DNA from: Patellaria atrata CBS 101060
Taxonomy: Eukaryota
Assembly: GCA_010093705.1 (NCBI GenBank)
Contig: MU006101.1
Coordinates: 409,614 to 473,613, forward strand
Direction: 5' to 3'
DNA: 64,000 nucleotides
The notes under the pieces: model-generated
What the model was told of the DNA's origin: nothing
What the model saw: the letters and a program-made list of their open reading frames with translations, nothing else
Databases searched by the model: none
Shown: positions 63,574 through 64,000 of the stretch, piece after piece
Numbering within the stretch: the first letter of the stretch is position 1
Layout of the letters: each line of letters opens with the position of its first letter
Position numbers and translations under genes: made by a program

Positions 63574-64000
63574 TGCGGCACTTGACAAACAGGATATCTA
63601 CTAAAGGAAATGAGGAAATCTTGATAGATAATATATTTCTCAGACTCGGAAAGTAAATAGGAACAGAACAGTAGATAAGATACTACGCGAGCATAGCAAA
63701 GAATTTAGAGACAACGGAAAGACTACTAAGATGTACCAAAATCTGGGGTCACCACGATGGTTATACCTTGAAGTCTAAATTCTCTTTAAAACCAAACTCA
63801 CTCTGGTATCAGATATCTCAAAGCCGAAGCAGAGAATTATTACCTATTCTGCAGGAAGGCTCTCCATGAAAGATAGACCTGCAACTGACTTGAGGTTTCA
63901 AGGAATGCAGGAGGTATGATCTTTAGCTGTGAAAGTTCTACATAACCCCTTCTCTGGAATCAAAAGAGTATCGCGAAGTAAGTCTCCGGTTCCTGCGCGA

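Overview
Filamentous ascomycete (Pezizomycotina-type) genomic DNA with short spliceosomal introns. Intact-looking genes: secreted dipeptidyl peptidase IV (runs off the left edge), MSH6, a small Myb-like protein, an LYR-motif protein, a NAA40/Nat4 acetyltransferase, a Baeyer-Villiger monooxygenase, a DHA2/Vba-type MFS transporter, an amidase, a large conserved hypothetical protein, a MARVEL-like membrane protein (GC-AG intron), a siderophore-iron transporter with SreA-type sites, a CHRD protein, a GPI-anchored S10 carboxypeptidase, CutC, an iron-containing alcohol dehydrogenase, an alpha/beta hydrolase lacking its catalytic His, and an RTA1 protein. Between 20.4 and 23.9 kb lie a RIP-damaged, 5'-truncated LINE and, just upstream, a SINE-like composite (tRNA-like A/B boxes plus a LINE-3'-derived tail). 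The most unexpected structure is the apparently empty 34.5-46.5 kb interval. By eye it resolves into an ancient head-to-tail tandem duplication of a ~6 kb cassette of four or more unidentified, decayed genes. Six or more collinear anchors sit at 5.6-6.3 kb offset, including an identically sized 38-codon first exon followed by an intron in both copies. Several orphan pseudogenes and repeated orientation-independent C-rich-to-G-rich skew islands are also present. All calls come from manual reading; no searches were run.
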